A DNA stretch of 64,000 nucleotides from an uncultured Actinomycetota bacterium. GTDB taxonomy: Bacteria > Actinomycetota > Actinomycetes > Propionibacteriales > Nocardioidaceae. The DNA lies in the NCBI GenBank assembly GCA_963740325.1, contig CAVUDQ010000002.1, forward strand, positions 118,773-182,772. Reading direction: 5' to 3'. The notes beneath the pieces were generated by a model. The model had not been told where the DNA came from and made no database searches. It was given only the letters and a program-made list of their open reading frames with translations. This document shows, in pieces, positions 1 through 10,375 of the stretch (positions are counted from its first letter, which is position 1; every line of letters starts with the position of its first letter). A program made the translations under genes and the position numbers.

Positions 1-1350
1 GTCAACAAGACCGCCCGCGACGTCCTCGACGCCCACGACTTCGTCGAGATCGAGACGCCCACCCTCACCCGGTCGACCCCGGAGGGGGCGCGCGACTTCC
101 TGGTGCCGGCGCGGCTGCAGCCCGGCAGCTGGTACGCCCTGCCGCAGAGTCCGCAGCTGTTCAAGCAGCTGCTGATGGTCGCGGGCATGGAGCGCTACTA
201 CCAGATCGCCCGCTGCTACCGCGACGAGGACTTCCGGGCCGACCGGCAGCCGGAGTTCACCCAGCTCGACGTCGAGATGAGCTTCGTCGACCAGGACGAC
301 GTGATCGCGCTGTCCGAGGAGGTGCTGGCGGCGCTGTGGAAGCTGGTCGGGTACGACGTCCCGACCCCCCTGCCGCGGCTCACCTACGCCGACGCGATGG
401 CCCGCTACGGCTCCGACAAGCCCGACCTTCGGATGGGCCAGGAGCTCGTCGACTGCACCGAGTTCTTCGCGGACACCCCCTTCCGGGTGTTCCAGTCGGC
501 GTACGTCGGCGCGGTGGTCATGCCCGGCGGCGCCTCCCAGCCGCGCAAGCAGCTCGACGCCTGGCAGGACTGGGCCCGGCAGCGCGGCGCCAAGGGGCTG
601 GCCTACGTCCTGGTCCAGGACGACGGCGAGCTCGGCGGGCCGGTGGCCAAGAACCTCTCCGAGGAGGAGCGGGCCGGGATCGTGGCCCACGTCGGCGCGC
701 AGCCCGGTGACTGCGTCTTCTTCGGCTCCGGCCCGGTCAAGTCGACCCGGGCGCTGCTCGGCGCCACCCGGCTCGAGATCGGGCGACGCTGCGGGCTGAT
801 CGACGACGACGCCTGGTCGTTCGTGTGGGTCGTCGACGCCCCGCTGTTCGAGCCCGCCGACGAGGCGACCGCCGCCGGTGAGGTCGCCGTCGGCTCGGGC
901 GTGTGGACGGCGGTCCACCACGCCTTCACCTCCCCGCAGGACCTCGACGCCTTCGACACCGACCCGGGCAACGCGCTGGCGTGGGCCTACGACATCGTGT
1001 GCAACGGCAACGAGATCGGCGGGGGGTCGATCCGTATCCACCGCGACGACGTCCAGAAGCGGGTGTTCGAGGTCATGGGCCTGGGCGCGGAGGAGGCCCA
1101 GGAGAAGTTCGGCTTCCTGCTCGACGCCTTCAAGTACGGCGCCCCGCCGCACGGCGGCATCGCGTTCGGCTGGGACCGGATCGTGGCGCTGTTGGCCGGG
1201 ACCGAGTCGATCCGCGACGTCATCGCCTTCCCGAAGTCCGGCGGCGGGTTCGACCCGCTGACGGCGGCGCCGGCGCCGATCACGCCCGAGCAGCGCAAGG
1301 AGGCGGGCGTCGACGCGCCGCCCAGGGCCGCGGAGGCACCGACGGAGTGA
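1..1350 (+). CDS. aspS: Aspartate--tRNA ligase, 5' end outside window
   Basis: Frame open from base 1 ([36 protein letters not shown]); motifs [54 protein letters not shown]. Confidence 0.97.
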   Translation, partial: VNKTARDVLDAHDFVEIETPTLTRSTPEGARDFLVPARLQPGSWYALPQSPQLFKQLLMVAGMERYYQIARCYRDEDFRADRQPEFTQLDVEMSFVDQDDVIALSEEVLAALWKLVGYDVPTPLPRLTYADAMARYGSDKPDLRMGQELVDCTEFFADTPFRVFQSAYVGAVVMPGGASQPRKQLDAWQDWARQRGAKGLAYVLVQDDGELGGPVAKNLSEEERAGIVAHVGAQPGDCVFFGSGPVKSTRALLGATRLEIGRRCGLIDDDAWSFVWVVDAPLFEPADEATAAGEVAVGSGVWTAVHHAFTSPQDLDAFDTDPGNALAWAYDIVCNGNEIGGGSIRIHRDDVQKRVFEVMGLGAEEAQEKFGFLLDAFKYGAPPHGGIAFGWDRIVALLAGTESIRDVIAFPKSGGGFDPLTAAPAPITPEQRKEAGVDAPPRAAEAPTE

Positions 1351-2714
1351 GCGACGACGCCGGGCTGTTCGACGTACCGGGTGCCCCTGCGGCCACCGCG
1401 CCCGGGAGCGGGTCGCTCGGCACCAACACGCATGCCTCGGCGCCGCTGCCGGTGCGGATGCGCCCGCGCACGCTCGACGAGCTGGTCGGCCAGGAGCAGC
1501 TGCGGGCCCCCGGCTCCCCGCTGCGGCAGCTGATCGAGGGCGACCGGGCCACCTCGCTGCTGCTGTGGGGGCCGCCCGGCACCGGCAAGACCACCATCGC
1601 GGGCATCGTCAGCCAGCAGACCGACCGGCGGTTCGTCGAGGTCTCGGCCGTCTCGGCGGGGGTCAAGGAGGTGCGGGCGGCGATCGACGCCGCCCGGTCG
1701 GAGCTGACGCGCGGCGGCCGCGAGACCGTGCTGTTCGTCGACGAGGTGCACCGGTTCAGCAAGGCGCAGCAGGACGCGCTGCTGCCGGGGGTGGAGAACC
1801 GCTGGGTCACCCTGGTGGCCGCCACGACGGAGAACCCGTTCTTCAGCGTCATCTCGCCGCTGCTGTCCCGGAGCCTGCTGCTGCGGCTGCAGCCGCTCAC
1901 CGACGACGACGTCCGCGCGGTGATGGAGAGCGCGCTCGCCGACACCCGGGGGCTGGCCGGCGCCTACGAGCTCGACGAGGACGCCCGTGAGCACCTGGTG
2001 CGGCTCGCCGGCGGCGACGCCCGCCGCTCGCTGACCTACCTCGAGGCCGCCGCCCGGGCGGCCGGGGCGCGGGACGCGACGCGGATCGACCTGGAGTCGG
2101 CGGAGGCGGCGGTCGACCAGGCGGCGGTGCGCTACGACCGGCAGGGCGACCAGCACTACGACGTGGTGAGCGCCTGGATCAAGTCGATCCGCGGCTCCGA
2201 CGCCGACGCCGCGCTGCACTACCTGGCCCGGATGATCGAGGCGGGAGAGGACCCGCGGTTCATCGCGCGCCGGCTGGTGGTGCACGCCAGCGAGGACGTC
2301 GGTCTGGCCGACCCCACCGCGCTCCAGGCGGCGGTCGCCGCCGCGCAGGCGGTGCAGCTGATCGGCATGCCGGAGGCGCGGATCAACCTCGCCCAGGCCA
2401 CGATCCACCTCGCGGTCGCGCCCAAGTCGAATGCCGTCATCACCGCGATCGACGCCGCGCTCGCCGATGTCCGCGCCGGCAGGATCGGGCAGGTCCCGCC
2501 CCACCTGCGCGACGCCCACTACCGGGGGGCCGACGACCTCGGGCACGGGAAGGGCTACGTCTACAGCCACGACGCGCCGTACGGCATCGCGGAGCAGCAG
2601 TACGCCCCCGACGTCGTGCTCGAGGCCCGCTACTACCGGCCGACCAACCTCGGCGCCGAGGCCGCCGTCGCCGAGCGCTGGGCGAGGATCCGCAAGCTCG
2701 TGCGCGGCGAGTGA
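1347..2714 (+). CDS. rarA: Replication-associated recombination protein A (MgsA/RarA AAA+ ATPase)
   Basis: GTG at 1347 overlaps aspS stop; RMRPRTLDE, Walker [10 protein letters not shown], Walker [29 protein letters not shown]. Confidence 0.93.
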   Translation: MSDDAGLFDVPGAPAATAPGSGSLGTNTHASAPLPVRMRPRTLDELVGQEQLRAPGSPLRQLIEGDRATSLLLWGPPGTGKTTIAGIVSQQTDRRFVEVSAVSAGVKEVRAAIDAARSELTRGGRETVLFVDEVHRFSKAQQDALLPGVENRWVTLVAATTENPFFSVISPLLSRSLLLRLQPLTDDDVRAVMESALADTRGLAGAYELDEDAREHLVRLAGGDARRSLTYLEAAARAAGARDATRIDLESAEAAVDQAAVRYDRQGDQHYDVVSAWIKSIRGSDADAALHYLARMIEAGEDPRFIARRLVVHASEDVGLADPTALQAAVAAAQAVQLIGMPEARINLAQATIHLAVAPKSNAVITAIDAALADVRAGRIGQVPPHLRDAHYRGADDLGHGKGYVYSHDAPYGIAEQQYAPDVVLEARYYRPTNLGAEAAVAERWARIRKLVRGE

Positions 2715-2744
2715 CACGGACACAGCCGAGACGACTCCCTGCTT

Positions 2745-2760
2745 CGGTCGCCGGCGACCG
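2745..2760. terminator. Perfect 16-bp palindrome between convergent genes; possible terminator or pause hairpin
   Basis: cggtcgccggcgaccg between the rarA stop and the stop of the convergent membrane gene; no U-tract. Confidence 0.3.
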
Positions 2761-2783
2761 GGCGGCGGCCCCGGGCTGAATCC

Positions 2784-3962
2784 TCAGCGGCGCAGCCACA
2801 GGGAGACGTGGCTCGGCTGCACGCTTCGCGCGGCCACGGAGCAGAGCTCGGCTCCGACCGCGCCGAGGTCCACCTCGTGGCCCAACCGGTTCGAGAACGC
2901 GGTCAGCGTCTGGGTGGCGTCGTACCTGCGGCGATAGAAGCGGCGGTCGACGACCGCCTGGATGCGCGCGCGAGCCGGTCGGAAGAGTGCGGCCACCGCG
3001 AGGGTGGACCCCGCGACGGCGAGGTCGTTGTCGCCGGTGAGCGGACCCAGCAGCACCCGCAGGCTCAGGATCGAGCCGACGTAGGTCACGAGGAGTGCGG
3101 CAGTCAACGTGCCGTAGACGAGCGTGCGGTTGATGACGACGTCGATGTCGTAGAGCCGGTACCGCAGGATCGCGAACCCGGTGGCGATGGGGATGGCGAC
3201 GGTGGAGGCGATCACGAACACCGCCCACCCGATGTCGTTCACGACTTGACCGGGGCCTTCCGGCAGCCACAGTCCGCTGGCGGACAGCGCGAGACCCGCG
3301 AACGGCAGCAGCGCTGCGTAGGTGAACCACTTCAGCTGCTGCCGCTCCGTTCCCCGCGACCGGCGGAACCGCAGGAGCAGGGACGCGAAGGAGAGCAGCA
3401 GGGTCGTCACGATGGCGTACGGGACGACGCCGGCCACCATCTCCAGCACGCGCTGAGCCGTCCCGTGCACTCCCAGCGGGTTGTCGACGGGGGCGTTGAC
3501 GGCCAGGTGCCCGGGGCCGAGGGCCAGGGTGAGGATCCCGACGACCGTCGTCACGAGAGCGATCCACTCGACGAGGCGCCAGCGTGACGAGAGCAGCCGC
3601 CCGTTCGGGAAGCGCAGCGGGAGGAAGATCACCACGATCGCCCACCCCGCGTAGACCAGCCAGCCGGTGACCCACGCGACGGCCACGTAGCCCGGGTTCG
3701 ACATCGTGACGACGTAGTCGTCGCCGACGACGGAGGTCGAGAGGGCCAGCGCGGCCACGAGCAGCAGCCACCCCACCGCGTTGCCGGGTTGCCGCGACGC
3801 GACGAGCGCGCCGACGGTCGCGTACCCCACGAGCGCGAGGAGCAGCGGGTAGTCGCCGTGGTGGGGCAGGTTGCCACCGAACCAGATCGTGACGATCGTG
3901 AGGGCGAGCCAGCACGACCACAGACCCCAGGCCAGGACCGAAGAGGCAGGTGGGCGGGACAT
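2784..3962 (-). CDS. Multi-pass membrane protein resembling the N-terminal sensor module of actinobacterial histidine kinases, without a kinase domain
   Basis: ATG at 3962 with upstream GGAGG; about 9 hydrophobic segments; motifs RQPGNAVGWLL, RFPNGRLLSSRWR, ERQQLKWF, ILRYRLYDIDVVINRTLVY, VDRRFYRRRYD. Confidence 0.75.
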   Translation of the reverse strand: MSRPPASSVLAWGLWSCWLALTIVTIWFGGNLPHHGDYPLLLALVGYATVGALVASRQPGNAVGWLLLVAALALSTSVVGDDYVVTMSNPGYVAVAWVTGWLVYAGWAIVVIFLPLRFPNGRLLSSRWRLVEWIALVTTVVGILTLALGPGHLAVNAPVDNPLGVHGTAQRVLEMVAGVVPYAIVTTLLLSFASLLLRFRRSRGTERQQLKWFTYAALLPFAGLALSASGLWLPEGPGQVVNDIGWAVFVIASTVAIPIATGFAILRYRLYDIDVVINRTLVYGTLTAALLVTYVGSILSLRVLLGPLTGDNDLAVAGSTLAVAALFRPARARIQAVVDRRFYRRRYDATQTLTAFSNRLGHEVDLGAVGAELCSVAARSVQPSHVSLWLRR

Positions 3963-4142
3963 GAAGGTGCCACCTCCCTCCAGCGTTGCCCTCCACGGTA
4001 GGACCAGCGGCGTCCGCGAATCGTTACGAGCGGCGATCCAGTGCCCGCGTGCGCAGGACCCATGGCAACCCGACGAGCCCCCCGCGCGTCTCCAGGGGTA
4101 TCGGCGGCTTCGGTCCGCAAGTACTGACGAGAGGCGAGCGTC

Positions 4143-4328
4143 ATGTCGGAGTTCGAGGAGGCAGTGCAGGACCGGCTGTCGCGGTTGCGGGTGGAGCTGG
4201 CCGACGCGCTCACCGACGACGACTACGCCGGCGCTGCCTGGGTCGAGTCGGCGATGCTGGATCTGCACCGCCTCCACCGGGAGAACGGCGCGGCTGTGCT
4301 GCCACCGCTGGGCGGTGTGTCCGAGTAG
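4143..4328 (+). CDS. Small helical hypothetical protein (61 aa)
   Basis: GAGAGG RBS before ATG; natural composition, unlike shadow ORFs. Confidence 0.6.
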   Translation: MSEFEEAVQDRLSRLRVELADALTDDDYAGAAWVESAMLDLHRLHRENGAAVLPPLGGVSE

Positions 4329-4413
4329 GTCCAGAGGTGCGCGTCCGGCACGGTGATCGGCCGTGGAACGCTGACGAGGGACCGCGTTCTGCGGATGGGC
4401 GTACCGTGAAGGC

Positions 4414-4680
4414 ATGCGTGGAGACCGCGTGGAGGTCGTGATCGACGCGGGTGGCGAGGTGCGCACCTACCAGATCGAGGCCACCCGGAACGGGCGACGC
4501 GTCGAGATCGAGACCGGGCGCGGCATCGTCACGGTCTCGGAGGTGACCCGCAGCGGCACGCCTGTCCGGACCGCCCGTTTCATGGCTAACCGGATTCTCG
4601 CGCTGGTCGAGCACCCGGCAGCGGACCAGAACATTGCCCGGGAGGTTCCGGAACCGCGGCCGATCCGGTCCTCCGGCTGA
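4414..4680 (+). CDS. Small beta-rich hypothetical protein (88 aa)
   Basis: GDRVEVVIDAGG...ATRNGRRVEI...EVTRSGTPVRTARFM...LALVEHP; globular-looking composition. Confidence 0.7.
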   Translation: MRGDRVEVVIDAGGEVRTYQIEATRNGRRVEIETGRGIVTVSEVTRSGTPVRTARFMANRILALVEHPAADQNIAREVPEPRPIRSSG

Positions 4681-4868
4681 GCTCGGCAGGCCCCTTCGGC
4701 GGCCGAGGGGTCGCCGACGCCGTACCGGAGCGGCGCGCTCGGTCGTCCGGATCCCGCGCCTCCGGAGGAGAGGACCCTTCCGACGCTCTTGACTCCCGAC
4801 CCGCCGGGCCGTGAACTGGGCGAGTGGTCGAGTCCGGCCACGGGCGCCCACGGGAGTGGGGTGGAGCG

Positions 4869-5657
4869 GTGAGGGCGTTGCTGTTCGCCTGCCTGCTCGG
4901 GGTGGCGGGTGGCGTGGCCTGGGTGCTCGGAAACGCGTTCTCGTCTCCCGAGCCGGTCGTCGAGGCGGGGGGGCGGATCGCCACCGTGGTGGCCCGCGAC
5001 AGCTCCGGGAACGGGCACCACGCGATCATCCAGGGGTCGGTGCGGCTGGGGCGCCCCGGGCACTTCGGATCGTCCTTCTCCTTCGACAAGCGTGACTCCT
5101 GGCTGATGGTGCCGCCGTCGCCGGACCTCAACCCCGGGAACCACGACTTCCTGGTGTCGGCCTGGGTCTCCCTGCGGGAGAGCCCGGGCCCCGGCGAGAC
5201 CTACGACGTCGTGCGCAAGGGGATCTCGTACACCATTCCGGGCGAGTTCAAGCTCGAAGTCCTCCGTCACGGCCGGGTGCGGTGCACCGCGAAGGACGAC
5301 GAGGACCGCACCGCCAAGGTGACGACCAGCCAGGCCAACGTCATCGATGGGCGGTGGCACCTGGTCGGCTGTGCCCGCACCGGTCGGCTGTGGAGCGCGC
5401 TCGCAGACGACACGGTCACGAGCCGCTCCACCGCGCTGGGGGTGGTGGGGAACGAGGTGCCGTTGTCCATCGGCTCCAAGTACGGCTCGGAGGACCGACC
5501 CGACGGCCGGCTCGACGACGTCAGATTCGTCCTGGGCAAGCCGTACGACGAGGGCACGCTCGACAACCTCGCCCGGCTCGAAGCACTCGAGCAAGCGGCG
5601 CCCATCGCTCGGTGGCGCCTGGACGAGTCGTCGTCGAGCCGCACTCCCGCGCCCTGA
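4869..5657 (+). CDS. Secreted or membrane-anchored LamG-like (concanavalin A-like) jelly-roll protein
   Basis: N-terminal hydrophobic segment; DSSGNGHHA, F..SAWV, WHLVGC, LSIG, GRLDDVRF; start placed at GTG 4869. Confidence 0.7.
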   Translation: MRALLFACLLGVAGGVAWVLGNAFSSPEPVVEAGGRIATVVARDSSGNGHHAIIQGSVRLGRPGHFGSSFSFDKRDSWLMVPPSPDLNPGNHDFLVSAWVSLRESPGPGETYDVVRKGISYTIPGEFKLEVLRHGRVRCTAKDDEDRTAKVTTSQANVIDGRWHLVGCARTGRLWSALADDTVTSRSTALGVVGNEVPLSIGSKYGSEDRPDGRLDDVRFVLGKPYDEGTLDNLARLEALEQAAPIARWRLDESSSSRTPAP

Positions 5658-5717
5658 CCCTGCGGCGGTGTACCGCCACCACGGTCGTCCACCGCGGTCC
5701 GACCCCGTGCCCGGAGC

Positions 5718-6074
5718 TCAGCCGAGGCAGAGGCAGAACGGGTGGCCGGCCGGGTCGAGCAGGACCCGGAACCGGGTCCCGGGCTGGTGCTCGGCCCGGG
5801 TCGCGCCGAGCGCGACGGTGGCGCGCTCGGCCTCGTCGAGGTCGTCGACGACGACGTCGAGGTGCAGCTGCTGCGGATGCTCCTGACCGGGCCAGGCGGG
5901 GGCCGAGTAGTCGTCGACCTGCTGGAAGCAGAGGCACTGCCCGTAGTCGGCGCGCGCCTCGGCCCAGCCCGCTGAGTGGGTGACCTCCCAGTCGAGCAGG
6001 GCGCCGTAGAAGCGCGCCAGCTCGGCGGGGTCGGGGCAGTCGAGGACGACGCTCGGGTATCGCGCGATGGCCAT
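5718..6074 (-). CDS. VOC/glyoxalase family protein
   Basis: VVLDCPDPAELARFYGALL, QLHLDVVVDDLD, VLLDPAGHPFCL; TAGCCT-N6-ATG leaderless promoter. Confidence 0.9.
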   Translation of the reverse strand: MAIARYPSVVLDCPDPAELARFYGALLDWEVTHSAGWAEARADYGQCLCFQQVDDYSAPAWPGQEHPQQLHLDVVVDDLDEAERATVALGATRAEHQPGTRFRVLLDPAGHPFCLCLG

Positions 6075-6115
6075 GTCGCGAGGCTAGGGCAGGATCCGGA
6101 CGGTCGGCGTCCGCG

Positions 6116-8839
6116 TCAGTCGGTGACCCGGATCGTGCGGACCACCCGCTCCCGGTTCAACCCGACCTTCAAGGTCACCCGCTCCGTGCCCTCCCGTACG
6201 CCGTCGGCGCGGATCGGCATCGTGAGCGTTCCGGTCCGGTCGCCGGCGCGCAGCCGCTCGTACAGGTAGGCGCCGGCCCGGTGCAGCGGTACGTCGGGGT
6301 CGACTCCCCTGATGTAGTGACGCTCCAGCCACGGCTTCGGGACGTCGCCGACCGCCAGCCGGCGCCCGGGGCCGCGGCCGCGCACGACCTGGGCCACGAA
6401 GTAGGAGTCGTAGCCGGTCGCGGCGGAGAGCGTCACCCTGACCCGGAGGTCCTCGCCCTCCTCGACCCGCCTCGGAACCTGCACCCGGACCCGCGGAGCC
6501 GGGTCGTCGTCGAGCAGCACGAGCCGGCCGTCGTAGGCGTCGGTCATGGCGCCCCGGACCGCGAACGCCGAGAAGCTCGTGACCCTGCGGCCGCGGTCGT
6601 CGACGGTGTTGCCGGTGTACTCGTAGCGGATCGTGCCCTGGGTCTGGCCGGGAGCCAGGTCGAGGCGGAGCCGCTGCCGCGAGCGCCGGGACGCCCAGTC
6701 GACGACCCCGACGGTGAGCTGCGCCGGCTGGGTGACGGGGCCGGTCACGGTGAACGGCAGCCGGACCACCGACGTGCCCGGCCCGTCGCCCTCCTCGAGG
6801 GTGAGCGAGCCGAGGCTGACCAGGGGCAGGCGCTGGTCGGGGACTGCTGCCAGCGTGTCGGGTGCGGACGCGACGTCGAGGATCCACAGCCGGCCGTCCG
6901 AGCTGTCGCCGATGACGTCGACGCGCGTGACCCGGCTCAGGTCGATCCCCGTGGCGGTGCCGGGGTCGGCCACGACGGTCTGGGCCCAGCGCTTGCCGAC
7001 GTACCGGTCGAGCGGGAGCGCCCGGACGAGTCCCTCGCCGACGGGCGTGACCACGGCGGAGCTGCCCTCCGCGTCGGTGAGGCGGAGCCGGATCCGGATC
7101 CGGCCGTACCTGGGGTCGACGATCGAGCGCATCTCCAGGCGGCGGCTCGAGAGGTCGAGCGGCTCGTCGAACACCAGGCCGCCGGACTGGCCGGCCCGGG
7201 TCCAGGTCATCTCGAGCTCACGGCGGGGTGGCGCGAACTCCCCGTCGAGGTACCAGTGCGGTGCCTGGCCGTAGAGCCGGCCCGCCCGGCCACAGGCCCC
7301 GACCGAGCCGTCACTGACGACGCCCCGGCAGAAGGAGGTGTCGGCGCCGGACGTCAGCGACAGCCCGGTGTCCAGGGCAGGGCGCCGCAGCTCACGTCCG
7401 CCGCCGATGGCGTGCGAGCGGACGTCGGCGTCGCCGATCGACGGCGGGTGGACCACGGAACCGTCGAACAGCGGCAGGAGCTCCTGGGCGTCCTGGGCGA
7501 ACAGCTGCGCGGCACCCGCGACGTACGCGACCCCGACGTCGCGCTGTTCGGCGGCGTTCAGCCGGGTGCGCGAGTCCCGGCCGCACAGCCCGTTCCGGCT
7601 GAACCAGTCGTCCCAGGCCGGCGCCTGCGCGATGCGCGGGGTCCACTCGGTGTTGAAGAAGTTGTGGTTGGCGCCGAGCACCATCACCGAGCTCTTGAGC
7701 GAGGTGTCGTCGGCCACGAGGTCGCGGGCGCTGTCGGTGTAGCGCTGGCCCTGGAGGTCGGACACGTCGCCGTCGCAGTAGGGCAGCATCGTCACGGTGG
7801 GGACGTAGGGCGCGGTCTGGGTGCCGAAGTCGGTGGGCGCCAGCAGCACCTGGCCGACGACTCGGTACGCCGCGTCGAGAGGGATCTGGAGGGACGCTCG
7901 GTTGACGCCCTCACCGCCCCGGCTGTGGCCGACGAGCACGACCCGGGACAGGTCGACCCGGTGCTCGTCCGCGCGCTTCGCCCAGTGGTCGAGGTGTCGC
8001 TGCACGATCTGGGCGCGCGCGTCGGCGCCGCCGTCGGAGAGCCGGAAGTCCTGGGCGTTGATGCCGTTGACCCGGACCGACACGGTGGCGAAGCCCTGGG
8101 ACGCCAGCACCTGCTGGATGTAGTCGTAGCCGAGGTGGCTCGGGATCTCCTCGAGCGGCGGCCGGCACGGCCACTTCCAGTCGGCGGCACCGGAGTCCGT
8201 GGGGTCGTAGCAGTAGGAGTGGCGGCCATGGAGGAACAGCACCAACGGGCGCGGACCGGTGTCGGCGGACGGGGCGGGCTCGACGACGTGCCCGACCATC
8301 TCGATCGGGTGCTTCATCCGTGGCAGCTTCACCGGGTCGAGCTTGTAGTGGCTCGTCACCACGTCGTACTCACCGGGCTCGGCCGGGTCGTCGGCGAGCT
8401 GGGGGCTCCGCCTCGGCGTCGTCGCGGGGGCGGTCTCGTCGGTCCGGTCCAGCCCGGCCTGGTCGAGCCGGTCGCCGGACAGGACGACGTCGAGGTCGGC
8501 CGGGTCCGGCCGCTCGGTGGCCCTGACCTGGGTGACCACGGTCCGGCCGTCGGCCCGCAGGACCGGCACCCCCACCGGTACGCCGTCCAGCACGATCGTC
8601 GGCCGGTCGGACGTCACGGGGAGCCGGCGCGGCGACCGCCAGCTCACCTCGTAGCTGCCGGCACCGGTCCGGGCGACCTGCCACTGACCGGTCGTGCCGT
8701 CGCCGGAGGCCGCGCGCGCAGCCGCGGGCGGTGGAGCGGGGCTGGCGTCCGAGGCGCCGGGCACCACGCTCAGCCCGAGCGCGCCGACCAGGGCGGCGGC
8801 CAGCAGGGAACGAACCTGACGACGAGGGCGAGCGAGCAT
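6116..8839 (-). CDS. Large secreted alpha/beta-hydrolase with C-terminal beta-sandwich (Calx-beta-like) domains
   Basis: AAGGAG RBS before ATG 8839; Sec signal peptide; LVLFLHGRH, nucleophile elbow GHSRGG, CDGDV, GANHNFFNTEW. Confidence 0.75.
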   Translation of the reverse strand: MLARPRRQVRSLLAAALVGALGLSVVPGASDASPAPPPAAARAASGDGTTGQWQVARTGAGSYEVSWRSPRRLPVTSDRPTIVLDGVPVGVPVLRADGRTVVTQVRATERPDPADLDVVLSGDRLDQAGLDRTDETAPATTPRRSPQLADDPAEPGEYDVVTSHYKLDPVKLPRMKHPIEMVGHVVEPAPSADTGPRPLVLFLHGRHSYCYDPTDSGAADWKWPCRPPLEEIPSHLGYDYIQQVLASQGFATVSVRVNGINAQDFRLSDGGADARAQIVQRHLDHWAKRADEHRVDLSRVVLVGHSRGGEGVNRASLQIPLDAAYRVVGQVLLAPTDFGTQTAPYVPTVTMLPYCDGDVSDLQGQRYTDSARDLVADDTSLKSSVMVLGANHNFFNTEWTPRIAQAPAWDDWFSRNGLCGRDSRTRLNAAEQRDVGVAYVAGAAQLFAQDAQELLPLFDGSVVHPPSIGDADVRSHAIGGGRELRRPALDTGLSLTSGADTSFCRGVVSDGSVGACGRAGRLYGQAPHWYLDGEFAPPRRELEMTWTRAGQSGGLVFDEPLDLSSRRLEMRSIVDPRYGRIRIRLRLTDAEGSSAVVTPVGEGLVRALPLDRYVGKRWAQTVVADPGTATGIDLSRVTRVDVIGDSSDGRLWILDVASAPDTLAAVPDQRLPLVSLGSLTLEEGDGPGTSVVRLPFTVTGPVTQPAQLTVGVVDWASRRSRQRLRLDLAPGQTQGTIRYEYTGNTVDDRGRRVTSFSAFAVRGAMTDAYDGRLVLLDDDPAPRVRVQVPRRVEEGEDLRVRVTLSAATGYDSYFVAQVVRGRGPGRRLAVGDVPKPWLERHYIRGVDPDVPLHRAGAYLYERLRAGDRTGTLTMPIRADGVREGTERVTLKVGLNRERVVRTIRVTD

Positions 8840-9026
8840 GGCGGTCTCCTTGGGCACGGGGCTCACCACTGGGACGCGGTCGGCTAACCCCTGGGTTGGC
8901 CTCGCGCAGCCCTTTGTCGGGATGGTCCCCCGGGACGAGGGGGAGTGCCCAGAGTCGTCGGTCCCGACCTGCGCCGGAGTCGACGACCTACTGACACCTT
9001 CCGGTGCGGAGATCCGGCTCTGCGCA

Positions 9027-9067
9027 GGTGGTTTCGAGACGGGCCTTCACGGCACTCCTCCACCACC
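9027..9067 (+). repeat. Palindromic REP-like repeat, subtype A (intergenic)
   Basis: ggtggtttcgagacgggccttcacggcactcctccaccacc shares GTTTCGAGAC..CTCCTC..CCACC with copies at 10600 and 52617-52768. Confidence 0.7.
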
Positions 9068-9081
9068 GACCAGTGCTCGGG

Positions 9082-9780
9082 TCAGGTGGGCAGCTGGTCG
9101 TGCAGGAAGGTCAGGGTCGTGTCCCACGCCTGTCGCGACGCGGCGGGGTGGTGGAGGACGAAGTCGTCGTTGTCGAAGGCGTGGTTCGCGCCCTCGTACC
9201 GCTCGACACGTGCGGGCCGGCCGTCGGCGGTGACGGCCTCGGTGATCCGGCGGACCGCGTCGGCGTCGAGGTAGGCGTCGGAGGTGCCGAAGTGGTGCAG
9301 GCTCGGGCAGGTCACCCGCGGGGCGAGGTCGAGCAGCTGGGGGAGCGAGGAGCCGTAGTAGCTCACCAGCACCGAAGGCTCGGCCTCGGCGGCCACGCTG
9401 AACGCCACGCCGCCGCCGAAGCAGAAACCGACCACGCCGGGGGTGCCGCGCACCGTGTCCAGCCCGGACAGCGCGTCGAGCGCAGCCACGGCGTCGGTGA
9501 CCGCGGTGGGCCACTGCAGCTGACCGGCCAGCCCCATCGCCTGGTCGATCGCCCCGTCCGCCTGCTCGTCCACCACCTGCTGGTCCAGCCGCCAGTACAG
9601 CTCCGGGGCGAGGACGACGTAGCCGGCGGCCGCGAGGTCGGCCGCCCTGCGCCGGACGTAGGAGCTGACCCCGAAGATCTCCTGCAGCAGCAGGAGCCCC
9701 GGACCGCTGCCGGACTCGGGGGCCCAGAGGAAGGCCGGCATCTCGCCGTCGGACGTGGGCACCGCGATGCGCGTGGTCAT
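9082..9780 (-). CDS. Dienelactone hydrolase family protein
   Basis: LLLQEIFGV, nucleophile GFCFGG, ANHAF; CAGGGT-N6-ATG. Confidence 0.92.
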   Translation of the reverse strand: MTTRIAVPTSDGEMPAFLWAPESGSGPGLLLLQEIFGVSSYVRRRAADLAAAGYVVLAPELYWRLDQQVVDEQADGAIDQAMGLAGQLQWPTAVTDAVAALDALSGLDTVRGTPGVVGFCFGGGVAFSVAAEAEPSVLVSYYGSSLPQLLDLAPRVTCPSLHHFGTSDAYLDADAVRRITEAVTADGRPARVERYEGANHAFDNDDFVLHHPAASRQAWDTTLTFLHDQLPT

Positions 9781-9841
9781 GCGCCCACCCTGTCGTCCCG
9801 GGGCGGCTGGGGGCAACGGCGGACCGATAGGGTCGGTCCCC

Positions 9842-10375
9842 ATGACGTGGGAGTGGCTGGCGCTCGCGGGACTCGCCCTGGTGGCGCTCGTCCTGCTCGT
9901 GGCGCTCGCCCGGCTGCGACGCCGCACGGCCCGCGACATCGACGCCGCCCACGCCGAGGCGGCCGAGCTGCGGGCGCGGCTCGACCGGCTCGAGCACGAG
10001 CGCGCCGAGGCCGAGCGCACGCCGGTCGTCGACGAGCGCGAGTACACCATCACCCGGGTCGGTGAGCCCTTCGAGACGGGCGCGGAGCGCCCTCCTCAGG
10101 AACCACCCGCACCGGACGTCGAGGCGGTGCGGCTCGAGCGGTCCGTGTTCGCCGACCACGTGCTCCGGGAGAGCGTGATCCGGCTCGGCTCGCTGGCCCA
10201 CGGCGTACGCCGGGCGCTGGACCCCGAGACCCGCAACCGGATCCGCTTCGAGATGCGGCGCGAGGTCAAGCGGGCCCGCAAGCAGCGCCGGACCGAGCAG
10301 CGCGAGGCCTACCGCGAGTGGCAGGCCCGGCGGCGGGCCGACGTGGCCGACGACGACCTGCGGGAGACGGCGTGA
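9842..10375 (+). CDS. Hypothetical membrane-anchored coiled-coil protein carrying an in-frame 39-bp repeat
   Basis: N-terminal TM, coiled coil, basic C-terminus [18 protein letters not shown]; stop overlaps next GTG. Confidence 0.75.
   Translation: MTWEWLALAGLALVALVLLVALARLRRRTARDIDAAHAEAAELRARLDRLEHERAEAERTPVVDEREYTITRVGEPFETGAERPPQEPPAPDVEAVRLERSVFADHVLRESVIRLGSLAHGVRRALDPETRNRIRFEMRREVKRARKQRRTEQREAYREWQARRRADVADDDLRETA
10067..10105 (+). repeat. 39-bp palindromic element, subtype B, in frame within a CDS
   Basis: cccttcgagacgggcgcggagcgccctcctcaggaacca; inner stem GGGCGC-gga-GCGCCC; near-identical to 52648-52686 (-) and 62584-62622. Confidence 0.85.

Noticed and set aside
4366-4389. ECF sigma promoter GGAAC...CGTT upstream of the 88-aa gene
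   Set aside because: Spacer is shorter than SigE/SigH/SigR-type consensus; likely chance
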